In this document: positions 24,065-38,040 of the stretch, piece by piece
How positions within the stretch are numbered: position 1 is the first letter of the stretch
How the letters are laid out: each line of letters begins with the position of its first letter
Source of the DNA: Octopus vulgaris
Taxonomy: Eukaryota
Direction: 5' to 3'
NCBI GenBank assembly: GCA_951406725.2
Contig: OX597839.1
Location: forward strand, 5,580,001-5,644,000
Length of the DNA stretch: 64,000 nt
Position numbers and translations under genes: made by a program
Notes under the pieces: generated by a model
Told to the model about the DNA's origin: nothing
What the model saw: the letters and a program-made list of their open reading frames with translations, nothing else
Databases searched by the model: none

Positions 24065-24480
24065 TTTCTTTACTGCCCACAAGGGGCTAAACATAGAGAG
24101 GACAAAAGAGGACAGATACACGGAATAAGTCGATTATATCGACCGCAGTGCGTAACTGGTACTTAATCTATCGACCCCGAAAGGATGAAAGGCAAAGTCG
24201 ACCTCAGCGGAATTTGAACTCACAATGCAACGGCAGATGAAATACCTATTTCTTTATTATCCACAAGGGTCTAAATATAGAGGGGACAAACATGGACAGA
24301 TACACAGGTTAAGTCGATTACATCGACCCCAGTGCGTAACTGGTTCTTAATTTATCGACCCCGAAAGGATGAAAGGCAAAGTCGACCTCGGCGGAATTTG
24401 AACTCAGAACGTAGCGGCAGACGAAATACAGGTAAGCATTTCGCCCGGCGTGCTAACGATTCTGCCAGCTCGCCGCCTTC
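24065..24480 (-). mobile_element. SINE family 2 dimer with perfect 14-bp TSD
   Basis: TATAATATACTCCA at 24051-24064 and 24481-24494. Confidence 0.93.
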
Positions 24481-24635
24481 TATAATATACTCCAGTCTGG
24501 TTGCTGGGCGTTGCCACAGCTTCTCCGCTTATCCAATCGTGCAGTGCCAACACCATTCTCTCTTGTGGTTGATACTACCAGCTTAGGCACATTACTGGCA
24601 TGTGGCACTTGGAGACAATACAAGAAATTTAGCGG

Positions 24636-24790
24636 GTGAATGAGAGTCATTGGTACCTCGTGGGCCTTGATGAATTGGAAGGACGAACACTTCAAGTACC
24701 AGCTACAAATCCTGTAGTCATGAATTTTGCATGGTAATTCTTGATTATCTTTGTATCAATTCCCATACATTAAAGAACATACACAATAAC
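24636..24790 (-). mobile_element. further-deleted fragment of the Tc1/mariner element at 26966
   Basis: GTGGGCCTTGATGAATTGGAAGGAC...CTTGATTATCTTTGTATCAA shared with 27297-27396. Confidence 0.8.
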
Positions 24791-25139
24791 CTGCTAGACA
24801 CCAAAGGTACTCTCTACCCAGAGCCCCCTTCTCCTGAATTATTGGGCCATTGGTTTGTATTGATTAAAGCACGCTCGTTTTGCCACCACGAATTTTTTTT
24901 TTTTTTTTTGCGGGTGATGCCGACGATGTTGGATATAATCACGATGATGTCGATTGTGCATGCCGACAATTATCTCCCTTGTCCGAATGAAATGTCACTA
25001 AGCGCCTTAAGCTACTGGAACAATTGGTGTTGGAGATTGAAAGCATACAGGACATGTGGAAAAGAGCAAACGTTTGATACAGAACGATTCCGATTGGTGA
25101 CTTCCGGTTAAAGATTGCTATACACTGAAGCGGTGAGGG

Positions 25140-26330
25140 TTGATCATGACGATCATGATGAAGATGCGATGATGACGACGACGGCGACAACGATGATGAT
25201 GATAATGATGGTGACGACAGCGATAACGATGACAATGATGTTCATGATATTGATAATGATGATAATGATGATGACGATGAAGATGCGATGATGACGACGA
25301 CGGCGGCGACAACGATGATGATGATAATGATGGTGACGACAGCGATAACGATGACAATGATGATCATGATGATGACGATGAAGATGAAAATGATGATGAT
25401 GACGACTCAAAGATGATTGCGATGGTGATGAGGAATATGATGATGAGGATGATGATGAGAGCGATGATGACGATGACAACGACAATGATGATGATAATGA
25501 TGGTGACGACAGCGGTAACGATGACAATGATGATCATGATATTGATAATGATAATGATGATGACGACGAAAATGAAGATGAAAATGATGATGATGACGAC
25601 TCAAAGATGATGCCGATGGTGATGATGAATATGGTGATGAGGATGATGATGAGAGCGATGATGACGATGACGACGACAATGATGATGATAATGATGGTGA
25701 CGACAGCGGTAACGATGACAATGATGATCATGATATTGATAATGATAATGATGATGACGACGAAAATGAAGATGAAAATGATGATGATGACGACTCAAAG
25801 ATGATGCCGATGGTGATGATGAATATGGTGATGAGGATGATGATGAGAGCGATGATGACGATGACAACGACAATGATGATGATAATGATGGTGACGATAA
25901 GGATAACGATGATGATCATCATGATATTGATAATGATGATAATGATGATGACGATGAAAATGATGGTGATGACGACTCAAAGATGATGGCGATGGTGATG
26001 AGGAATATGATGATGAGGATGATAATGATAGCGATGATGACGATGACGACTACAATGATGATGATAATGATGGTGACGACAAGGATAACGATAATAATGA
26101 TGATCATGATATTGATAATGATGATAATGATGATGACGACGAAAATGAAGATGAAAGTGATGATGATGACGACTCAAAGATGATGGAGATGGTGATGATG
26201 TATATGATGATGAGGATGATGATGATAGCGATGATGACGATGATGACGACAATGATGATGGCGGCGATGATGATGACGACTACAACGATGACGATGATGA
26301 CGACGGCAGTGATGATGATGACGAAAAACA
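25140..26330. repeat. (GAT/GAC)n-derived minisatellite with an ~182-197 bp higher-order period
   Basis: Anchor GACTCAAAGATGAT recurs five times (~25403, 25598, 25792, 25974, 26171). Confidence 0.9.
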
Positions 26331-26589
26331 ACAGCAAAAGAGACAAGTAGAATTTTCCAATATGTCATCTCAAAGGAATTAAGAAAAACTGGGTTTTTTT
26401 CAGAAATCTTCATTCGTTGTGGTTTTTATCTGTTTTCTTTTCCTTTTTTTTTTTTTGGTCATTTTATTTGTTTTGTTAGCGATTCCGTTTGTTTATTGCA
26501 GACCAAATATTGCCTCAAGGAAGAAACAATATTCTTGTATCTTCGCAGTTTGGTTCTGGAGAAATTTTTAGTCTACGAATCAAATAATA

Positions 26590-26644
<55 letters not shown>

Positions 26645-26965
26645 GACCAACAACAACAACAACATCAACAACACAACAACAACAACGACAACAAATAGAA
26701 AAAAAAAAACGAAAAAGAAAATCAAGGAGATGGGGAAGGATGAAGAGGAGGTGGTATATTGTTGTATCACTCGTCTGACGTACGATATAACGGGATACTA
26801 ATAACATCTTCGCAAATCTTTCAACTCATGATACATAATACTTGTAATAACCCTCGGCTTTACACATCTTAAGACTCCCTTACACTTTCTGCGCATGTCC
26901 ATTTATTGTGGCACAGTCCATTAAGAGCCAACCAATAGGGATGTTCTACTTCCACACAACATATA

Positions 26966-27677
26966 CAGGGTGATTGAAAAGTAACTCCCTATTTTAAAAT
27001 ACTTATAATTTATTTATTAACTATAATTTTTAGAAAAAACGAATATGTAAAGAAAGTGTATAGCATGAAATTTTATTTAAAATTTAATATAGGCATCAGC
27101 ATTCACCACCAGCTTCTCAAACCACCTGGGAACCACATCATCAGGAAGTATTGTGGAATGAAAGACATAACTTCTCGTATTCACCCTTCAAGTTCTTCCA
27201 AAGTCATTGGTTTGGTAGAGAAGACTTCCTCCTTTAACCAACCCCAAAGAAATTAGTTGCAGGGTGTTAAATCAGGGCTTCTGGCCAGCCAGTCATGTGG
27301 GCCTTGATGAATTGGAAGGACAACTGCTTCAAGTACCAGCTACAAATCCTGTAGTCATGAATTTTGCATGGTAATTCTTGATTATCTTTGTATCAACTTG
27401 AGCATGTCTTCCTCTAATGGTCCTCCGCCATCTTAGCACTTGAACAACTGATCTCCAAACTTCGTAATGTGCAGCTAGCTGGGCACAGTAAAACATCCAG
27501 CCATGTTTGTAGGACTTCTAAATTTCAAACAAAATAATCAATCTGAAAAAAAGAATAACAACATGGAATCAATTCCCATACAGTAAAGAACATACACAAC
27601 AAATTTGAGAAAAAAATTATAGTTAATAAATAAATTATAAGCATTTTAAAATAGCGAGTTACTTTCCAATCACCCTG
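26966..27677 (-). mobile_element. internally deleted Tc1/mariner-superfamily transposon (transposase pseudogene)
   Basis: TA TSD; ~65-bp TIRs CAGGGTGATTG.AAAGTAACTC; - strand reads GPHDWLARSPDLTPCN*FLWGWLKEEVFSTKPMTLEELEG*I (WPxRSPDLTPxDFFLWG motif), joined directly to an N-terminal remnant. Confidence 0.88.
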
Positions 27678-27962
27678 TACATAAGGCAAGATCAAGAGAG
27701 AGAAGAGGAGGAGAGCTTTGTGGCGTGTTTTTTCTGTTATTATTCTGTGAAGAAGTCGCTGTGAGATGCGTTGTCATGCACGATAGTGCGCATGTGTGGT
27801 GAGGTACTCGAAGATCTCTGACTAGACACATGTAGGGTGTCTACTACCTATATGAGTCTACAAAAATGACTGGAATACAAAATGTGTGAATAAGTCCCAT
27901 GAACGTACATTAATCTCTCTCTCTACACACACACATATACATACACGTATATACACACACAC

Positions 27963-27996
<34 letters not shown>

Positions 27997-28013
27997 CACA
28001 CACACACACACAC

Positions 28014-28170
28014 AGGTGTAGCTGTGTGGTAAGAAGCTTGCTTCCCAACCACATGGTTCAGAATTCAATCCCACTGCATTGTATCTTGAGCAGGTGTTTA
28101 CCATAGCCTCGGGCCGATCAAAACCATTTGAGTAGATGTAGTAGACGGAAACTGAAAGAAGCCTGTCTTG
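28014..28170 (+). mobile_element. SINE family 1, diverged 5' half
   Basis: GCTGTGTGGTAAGAAGCTTGCTTCCCAACCACATGG...GACGGAAACTGAAAGAAGCCTGTC. Confidence 0.75.
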
Positions 28171-28374
28171 TACATATATATATATATATATAACCTCACT
28201 AGAAAGAGCAGTTAAACTCCAAACCGCTAATAGTTGTAATTCTGAAATGGAAAGAGAAATAAAAACGTTTACCCTATCTTTTCTGGACAATGCATAGTTT
28301 CGGCAATCTTTACTCACTTGACCGCTGGTAGCGGAGAATTTTTCTAGAATTATTTGCTACCCTAAAATGTATTA

Positions 28375-28420
<46 letters not shown>

Positions 28421-28651
28421 CGATCGTAGTGTTTTACTCTTTATCTTTTATTAAAATTTTAATACTTTTCATATATATTTAAAATAATATAAATTAATTA
28501 ATTTTATGTATTGGCTTATGTTTTCCATTGTTTGATTTGCCTAATAGTGGTTTTATCTCTAATTCAATATAATATAATATTTTAGTATAAAATTGGATTC
28601 AATCCTAAATCTGATTTTTCCCTGTAAGTTTGGATTTATTCCCTAATATTT

Positions 28652-28715
<64 letters not shown>

Positions 28716-28816
28716 GATCTAATTGACTGGCCTCCTCCCCAAAACTTTCGGGCCTTGTACCTAGAATAGAAAAGAATCATGATCGTAAAGGTGATGATGC
28801 GCGCGGCTGTCCTAAA

Positions 28817-28830
28817 TTGATGATGATGAC

Positions 28831-28875
<45 letters not shown>

Positions 28876-29130
28876 GGTGATGATGGTAACTGTGATGATG
28901 ATGGTCATGATGATGATCATGATGATTATGATGATGGAGGTGATGGCGGTGATGGTGATGACGATAGTGATGATGGTGGTGATGAAGTTGGTAATGATAA
29001 TCATGATCATGATCATGATGATGGTGGTGGTGATGATCATGGTGGTGGTGGTGATGAACATGGTGGTGGGGTGATGATGATGATGATGATGGTGATAACG
29101 ACGGTGACGATAACGACGAAGACGACGAGG
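28817..29130. repeat. (GAT/GGT)n triplet repeat
   Basis: Direct reading. Confidence 0.9.
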
Positions 29131-29689
29131 TCGAGGATGGCGCGCTGAATGTCTTCACCACACCGACGATATCGATGATAAAAAAAACAGTGGGTGGGTG
29201 GGTGGGGTGCGCAGATGAATATTGTATTGGGGAGAGAAAGACGAAAGAGCGGAGCTTGTGAGCGTCGAAGAGGAAGGAGATCCAACAAGCTAGAGTGGAA
29301 GGGAGAGGTGTAAATTATGGAAACACAAAAAAAAAAAACAAAAAGAAAAATCCAGAGATGCAACACGTGAATAGATGAGAATTACACGTAGTGAACTTGA
29401 TAATGTGCTTTTATTATTGTTGTTGTTGTTGTTGCTGTTGTTGTTGTTGTTGCTGCTGTTATGAGAATGTTTCTGGATGTTTCACTTAAGTGGCAATTGA
29501 CATAATTAACTATGATGGAGTTATTGGTTCTTTTAAGATTATCGATTAAGCCACACCTCGATGTTCTACTAGAATCACGTGACTTTATTTCATATCTACC
29601 ATCTATCTATCTATTAATCTCAATCTCTCCTCTTTCTCATTCTCTCTCTCTCTCTATTCATATATCTATCTGTCTGTCTCTCTCTCTCT

Positions 29690-30050
<361 letters not shown>

Positions 30051-30738
30051 TAAATATAAAGATTTCTGCTCTTCTCTCACTACCTCTACATCTCCCATTT
30101 CGTATACGGTCTTTATGTATGTGCACTTATGTAAATTTACGTATCGTGAGAGGCTCATATTTACTTTTTAACTTATATGTATACGTATATATGTATGTAG
30201 GTGTGTGTGTGTGTAAGCATAAATATATATATATACATATATATGTATGTATGTATATATGAGTGTATATGTGCGTCTACATACATATAGTTTGTGTAGA
30301 CACGCGAATGCAACCACGCACAGATTCATATAAGTTTGTACATATGGTGTACAGATTGATATGCTATCTACATATAAGGTGTTTAGTTTGTTGGTTAGGG
30401 TATTCGGTTCACGAGCGTAAGGTCGTCAGTTTGATTCTCAGAAGCATCTTGATGTCCCGGAAGGCTTGTCATAACTTTGATACGCGCATACTTCCTTCAT
30501 ATTTGTAGATTACTGCATCTTTTTCCAGGACTTATATATTATACTTAGACATTGCTCATATCCTCAATTACTTTCTAGTAAGTTGTAGAACACGGTGAAT
30601 CAATAATTGCTTCGTTTAGAGGAACTAAAGTTTATCTTGCGGTCTTCACGAATATCTAGCAACAAGATATACATAAGTATATATACATACAAGTGTGTGT
30701 GCGTGTGTGTATGTGTGTGTGGATAGATACGTATTATA

Positions 30739-30818
<80 letters not shown>

Positions 30819-30947
30819 CATATACATACATATATATATATACACATATATATATACATATATATACATATATATATATACATATATATATATACACACA
30901 TATATATATACATATATATATATATATACACATATATAAATATATAC

Positions 30948-30984
<37 letters not shown>

Positions 30985-31589
30985 CACACACATATGCATA
31001 TATATATATATGCAGTTTACTCTTATATAATTTAAAGAATTTGTGTTTCCTTTTCTCAATTTCTAAATCTATTTCTCCTTGATTTCTTCTACTAATTAAA
31101 CATCATTTCGCAGTTCGTTTTCGAAAGCTCCAAATTAATTTTGTATCCACCCCCTTCACCACCACCACCACATTTACATTCTCCTCTGCGCATATCTCTA
31201 CACCATTTTACAAAAATACAACAACAACACCAATAAAAAAAATATACAAAGCTAAACACCCATGCACGCGACATGCAATGAATGATTCCTTACAGCACAT
31301 AAAAAAAAACAAAAAGCACCAGAAAATTTTTTAAAAAATGGAAATAAATAAAACGTCCTGTATCAGTCAAGCGAAAAACAGCCGAAGCAACTGAGCCACC
31401 GACATTGAAGAATTCTTGGAAATAAAAATGGCGGACATTTATAAATAAATATTTGAAGGAATAAATAAGAAAATGGGCGAATAAATATGTACGTAAATAT
31501 ACAAATATACAGATCAATCCGGATTCTAGATTTCTCTAAATTACATGCTTATTTCCGGAAACGAAATGAAGAGGAGGAAGAAGAGAAGG

Positions 31590-31931
31590 ATAGTGGTAGT
31601 GATGAAGGGTGATGGTGGTGATTGTGCTGGTTGTGGTGGAGCGGGGTGGGGTGGGTGGGTTATCGTGGTGATGGTGGTGGTGGTGGTGGTGGTGGTGGTG
31701 GTAGTGGTGGTGATGGTGGCCGGGCTGGTTGTGGTGGAGCGGGGTGGGTGGAGGTTGTAGTGGTGATGGTGGTGGTGGTGGTGGTAGTCGTAGTGGTGGT
31801 GGTGGTGATGGTAATGATTACGGTGATGATTAAGATGAGGATGAGAATGTTCCTGATGGCGAGCACGGTTATGATGATGATGATGATGACGACGATGATG
31901 ATGATGGCGATGATGATGATGATGATGGTGT

Positions 31932-31964
<33 letters not shown>

Positions 31965-32127
31965 CGATGACAATGAGAGCGATGACGATGATAATGATGA
32001 TGATGATGATAACAATGATGGTGTTGCTTGTGGAGCTGACGCTGATCATGATGATCATGATAATGGTGATGACGATAACGACGACGGCGACGATGAGGAA
32101 GATGACGATAACGATGATGGAACTGCT

Positions 32128-32158
<31 letters not shown>

Positions 32159-32309
32159 ACGATGAAGACAATGAGAGCGATGACATGATAACAATGATGG
32201 TGATGCTTGTGGAGCTGGCGCTGATCATGATGATGATGATGATGATGATGATAACGATGACGGCGACGATGAGGAGGAGGATGATAACGACAATGGAACT
32301 GCTACTGCT

Positions 32310-32340
<31 letters not shown>

Positions 32341-32372
32341 ATGATTGTGATGATGATGATGATGATGAAGAA

Positions 32373-32404
<32 letters not shown>

Positions 32405-32423
32405 CGACGACGACGACGACGAC

Positions 32424-32455
<32 letters not shown>

Positions 32456-32560
32456 CGACGACGACGACGATGATGATGACGATGATGATGATGATGATGA
32501 TAACGATGATGATAACGATGATGGTGAAGATTACGATGCTGCTGCTGTTGGCTTGGTAGC
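31590..32560. repeat. (GGT)n/(GAT)n/(GAC)n compound repeat with an ~198-bp duplication
   Basis: GACAATGAGAGCGATGAC and GCTTGTGGAGCTG anchors each occur twice. Confidence 0.85.
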
Positions 32561-32985
32561 GGTAGTAAATGATGACGATGAAGTATACAAGACGACGGCG
32601 ACGGCCATAACGAAGCTGATAAGCATTTCTGATTAAGGACGAAGAACAGGACAACGACGACGATTCGGATCACGGAGAAGGACGACGAGGGCGGCACATG
32701 GCATCTTGCTTCGAGTTCTTTGGTTTCTTATTCCCCATTTAACATTAACATTTCAAAAACACTCGAAAAGTCCTTTTCATTCACGGCTGGTTTGGGAGTT
32801 CTTTATGCACTGGTTTTCTTTTCTCCGTTATTGTGCCACTTGTAGCGTATTGCCCTTTTCCCATAATGCATTTTTACATTCGTACAAATACTCAATCATG
32901 TACTGATACGTATGTATCTATACATGTAATTCCATACGTACAGGCACATATTAATATATTCACGCACACATACGTAGACAAACCC

Positions 32986-33033
<48 letters not shown>

Positions 33034-33035
<2 letters not shown>

Positions 33036-33136
33036 TGTTTTCGCTCAATAAACACTCACAACGCCCGATCTGGGAATCGAAACCACGATCCTACGACTGC
33101 GAGTCCGCTGCCCTAACCACTGGGCCATTGCGCCTC

Positions 33137-33137
<1 letters not shown>
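33034..33137 (-). mobile_element. tRNA-derived SINE family 4, head only
   Basis: Reverse complement GGCGCAATGGCCCAGTGGTTAGGGCAGCGGACTCGCAGTCGTAGGATCGTGGTTTCGATTCCC; continuation matches 63917-63997. Confidence 0.8.
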
Positions 33138-33173
<36 letters not shown>

Positions 33174-33691
33174 TATGGGTTTGTCTACGTATATACATTT
33201 ATTAAATTATACATCCCTACATACATGGGATAATGAGATATGTAACACATTGCCTAAATACCAATCTTGATAAATTAGGCTTCTTCAAACCAGAAAGGAG
33301 AACACTGATTCAAAGACTAGAGTTCAAATCCATCACCGGAACAGTAAAAATCTGTATAACTTTCCAGAAGTTTATAAATTAAGTGTATATGAATATGTCT
33401 AGATATGCAGCTATATACAATTCTGCACATATCTATGCATACTTGCTTACAAAATACTCCGTTGATGTTGAAATTCGAATAAAGAAGCCTTGGATATAGG
33501 TTTAAAAAACGGCTCTCTTTAAATAAAACGGGAAATGTCATACACAAATATACACTCGTAGTTTAGACGCATATATTTAGACGCATAAACACAAATAGAC
33601 AAAACTAACATGATGCACACACATAATCATCTCTATATATAAATATGTATGTGTATATGTATATATATGTGTGTATGTGTCTCTGTGTGTG

Positions 33692-33787
<96 letters not shown>

Positions 33788-33825
33788 CATACATATATAT
33801 ATATATGCATACATATATATATATA

Positions 33826-34000
33826 CTTTATTTAAAAGCAGCAGAAATGTAACAAAAGTGTCCGAAGAACGGGAGCGTGAAACTCCGAGTAACAGCTTTT
33901 GTTAAATTTCTGCTGCTTTTAAATAAAGCATATTACTCTACCTCTGGTATTTGAGTACTCTTTTTTCAACCTTGTTTCACATTTATGTGTTTACTCCGGT
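33826..34000 (+). mobile_element. PLE-derived fold-back element with a hammerhead motif at 33851-33903 (family of 3780-4110)
   Basis: TGT-CCGAAGA-ACG-ggag-CGT-GAAAC-TCCGAG-TA-ACA inside an ~35-bp stem (33826-33928); same ~70-nt tail as 4039-4110. Confidence 0.8.
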
Positions 34001-34149
34001 GTATATATATATATATATATATATATATGTTTATATATATATATTAACATAAAGAATCTCCTAACGGACGAGTATGCATTTGAACTGTGCTCATGTAGCG
34101 GAATGTTTCTGATCATTACTGAATACACACATATATGTGTAGTTGTATG

Positions 34150-34210
<61 letters not shown>

Positions 34211-34212
34211 AG

Positions 34213-34263
<51 letters not shown>

Positions 34264-34769
34264 AAAATAAACGTGTCCGTACATCCATGCATACACACAC
34301 AAACACACATCAACAGAGAGTGTACACAACGGTAGACTTGACTACTTAAGATCCATCGTAAACTTTGATTGATTTGTTCAATGGCTATGATTCATTTCGT
34401 CACTTCTTCGAGATCTTTGTCTCTCCGTATTCGTTCAGGCGACAAAGAGATCAATCGATTGTTTGGCTTTTCGGAAACCCCTTTCTAACATTTATATTTT
34501 ATTTCATTCCCTAATACATGTGTATATGTGTGTGTGTGTGCGTATATGTGTGTGTGTGGTACGCGCTCGCATGTGTGTGTGTGTGCGCGCGTTTGTAAAT
34601 ATATAGAGATAGATAGATAGTTAAATGCATGTATAAACGCGTACATATATACATATATATATATGAATATATAAAATACATATACATATAAACATAAACA
34701 TGCATACATATATATATATGTCTGTTTGTGTGTTTGTGTTTGTTTGTATACGTGTATATCACTATCATA

Positions 34770-34817
<48 letters not shown>

Positions 34818-34857
34818 CACACACACATATATATATACAGATACACTATAATACATC

Positions 34858-34936
<79 letters not shown>

Positions 34937-34958
34937 CAGATACACTATACTACATCTA

Positions 34959-34997
<39 letters not shown>

Positions 34998-35715
34998 TTT
35001 TTCATTGACCACTTTTGGACGGATAGCATTGTTAGGGGTCTGGGAGTTGATGTGCACAGCGGCGTAGCCTCTGTAGAGTTGCAGGTTGTTTATAATCGAC
35101 TCGAGAATGGTGTGGGTGTATGAGTGTGAACCTTTCTGTAGGAATGTTGAATATATTTGCCATTTATAAGGGGGTCAAGAAAACTCGCTGCAACGAAGAA
35201 ATTCTCAGTTAGGAATGGTCAACTATATACAATTTTGTATTTGTTGTTGTTTCTATTATTATTGTTGCAGAAAGTGCTGTTGCTACTATAGTCCTTGTTG
35301 GTGTTGGTGTTGTTGTTGTTTTGATCTTTCAGAAGGTCAACTCAGATAAAACAGACCAATGATCAAAAGTATTCCAGCCATGGCTATCCCGTATTTTTCC
35401 TATACGCAAGGAACCGGAGTCTACGTTATCATGGGTGTCCTTCATACTAAAAAGCAGATGGATGTTATTTATGGAAGATCTAGCTGTTATATCTTGCAAA
35501 TCTTGCAACTACATAATTTTATCTCGTTGTTCTAAGACTCCTTTCTTATTATATTCAAGGATTTTTATCTTTGTATCTCCTTTACTTGTTTTGCTCTTTG
35601 GATTACAGCCAAATAAGAGTAGCACCTTATTTAAGGTTGATCCCTTTTATATAGGGTACCACCTTGAAATAAAGAGTGTTTAGGGAAACAAATCGAGCCC
35701 AGTGCGAATTTCTTT

Positions 35716-36090
35716 CAGGAGTGGCTGTGTGGTAAGTAGCTTGCTAACTAGCCACATGGTTCCAGGATCAGTCTTCTGCTATAGCTCCGAGCCGACCAAT
35801 GCTTTGTGAGTGGATTTGGTAGACGGAAACTGAAAGAAGCCTGTCGTATATATGTATATATGTATATGTATGTGTGTGTTTGTGTGTCTGTGTTTGTCAA
35901 CTACATAATTGCTTGACAACCAATGGTGGTGTGTTTACGTCGCCGTCACTTAGCAGTTTGGCAAAAGAGACCGATAGAATAAGTACTGGGCTTACAAAGA
36001 ATAAGTCCCGGGGTCGATTTGCTCGACTAAAGGCGGTGCTCCAGCATAGCCGCAGTCAAATGACTGAAACAAGTAAAAGAGTAAAGAGTA
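35716..36090 (+). mobile_element. SINE family 1 with a small head deletion
   Basis: Head, internal microsatellite and tail present. Confidence 0.88.
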
Positions 36091-36096
36091 TATATA

Positions 36097-36099
<3 letters not shown>

Positions 36100-36151
<52 letters not shown>

Positions 36152-36714
36152 GGCTGCCCCTTCGTTATCGAGTATGGCCATTGCACGAATCTTAACTGTT
36201 ACTGGTGCTGTGAACGAATGTGACTTTTTAGCCCAGCTAAAGATCTACAATGTCTTGTACAAAATTGGCAACTAAAACCTTTACTGGTAATAGCCGACTG
36301 TAGTTGTAACTGGGCTTCATGTACCCTTGCATGTCGTTTAAGTCCTCCTGCCGAATTACACTCTCTTCCACATGCCTGACAGATATGATTAGTATTGTGT
36401 GTTACACCACCACCAGTGGCCAGGTTGTCACTCATCTGTCTCGCTTTATGGCTATGAAGATGACTCATGAGTCCAGCTTTACTGAGGCAGGGTCTTGCAC
36501 AGACATTGCATGTCAGAATCAAAGGAAGACCCTTCTGGAAGTGTAACAGCGATGCCCTTCCTGACATATCTCGAGTTGCACATGAGAAATATATCATACA
36601 TACATACATACATACATATATATATATATATCTTCTTGCACAGACATTGCACGATAACAACATTGATTAAGCTTCGTGCAATGGCCATACTCGATAACGA
36701 AGGGCAGCCATAAT
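36100..36714 (-). mobile_element. RTE-like LINE 3' fragment encoding three C2H2 fingers, (TAA)n tail, with an inverted copy of the 3' UTR at 36673-36714
   Basis: CNVCARPCLSKAGLMSHLHSH, CQACGRECNSAGGLKRHARVH, CQFCTRHCRSLAGLKSHIRSQH* (stop 36199); short 3' UTR then (TAA)n; no TGEKP linkers. Confidence 0.75.
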
Positions 36715-37229
36715 GTATGTATTATGCATGTATGTATGCATATATGTATATAGAGAAAAGACAGACAGACAGATCAGTGAGTGAGAGAGAGAGAGAGAGA
36801 GAGAGGAAGAGAGAGAGAGAGACAGCTAAGAGGAATAGAGAGAAAGAAAGAGTGACTGAAATTTAGTTATAATTTAGAAAACGTAGAAGTGAATTTCTAA
36901 CTAGATAGGGTAAAAATATTCTTCACGAACACGTTTTGCTACAAACCAGAAAACTTAACCAGAATTTTAATTAACCTCTCACTAAATATCACACAACATT
37001 AATCGTGCTGGCCTCGAGTTATGCATTATAACTAGCTACCTCTCATTTGCAGATCTCTGCTTGTTATCTGTTGTCTGTGGTGGAACATTCTGTTGTTGTG
37101 TTCTTCACATACTCGCTTCACGACCTGCAAAAGATACCATCTTCATTCTGTCTTCTATCTCTCTCCTTCCTCTTTCTCTCTCTTTCTCCTTCTCTCTCTC
37201 TCTCTTTCCTCTTTCTCTCTCTTTCTCCT

Positions 37230-37264
<35 letters not shown>

Positions 37265-37291
37265 TTCTATGATACATATATACTTATGTAC

Positions 37292-37342
<51 letters not shown>

Positions 37343-37541
37343 AAATGCATACATAGACGTATGCATATATTAGGGAGAAGAAGAAGAAGAAGAAGAAGAA
37401 GAAGAAGAAGAAGAAGAAGAAGAAGAAGAAGAAACACAAGCGGTGTATATAAAGACTTTTTCTATTCCTGAGCGTTATACTAATACATCTGTTTGTTTTG
37501 TACACCACCTGTCTTCGTATTTTGTTTTTTTCGTAAACTCT

Positions 37542-37618
<77 letters not shown>

Positions 37619-37849
37619 CAGAAAGAAGGGAGGGAAGACAAGAATCACAAAAAGAGTGAAGAGACAGAGATCTGCTGTAGATCGATTTGCGTAGAGTGAA
37701 ACATAGAGAATAAATGAGAGGGAAGGAATAAATGTGAAAGAGAGAGAAAGAGAGACAGACAGACAGTGAGTAATAGAGAAATCGATGGGATAAAGAGATA
37801 CAGGGCATGAGATCATAGTTACGTCATATGGTCCTTATCTTCTTTCAGG

Positions 37850-38006
37850 CGAAAACTGAAAGAAGCCTGTCGTAAATATGTTTATACACACACACAAACA
37901 CGCATGTATGTATGCATGTATGTATGTATGTATGTATGTATGTATACATGTATGTATGTATGTATGTATGTATGTATGTATGTGTGTATGTATGTATGTA
38001 TGTATG

Positions 38007-38040
<34 letters not shown>

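Noticed and set aside
25400-26200. CRISPR-like regularly spaced repeat
   Set aside because: The spacers are near-identical triplet repeats, the context is eukaryotic, and no cas genes are present
33070-33137. tRNA-like sequence
   Set aside because: Acceptor and anticodon stems do not form properly, and it continues into a body shared with 63640-63997, so it is a SINE head rather than a tRNA gene
36199-36663. Host C2H2 zinc-finger gene
   Set aside because: No TGEKP linkers, the start lies across a microsatellite, and a (TAA)n tail follows, indicating a retroelement
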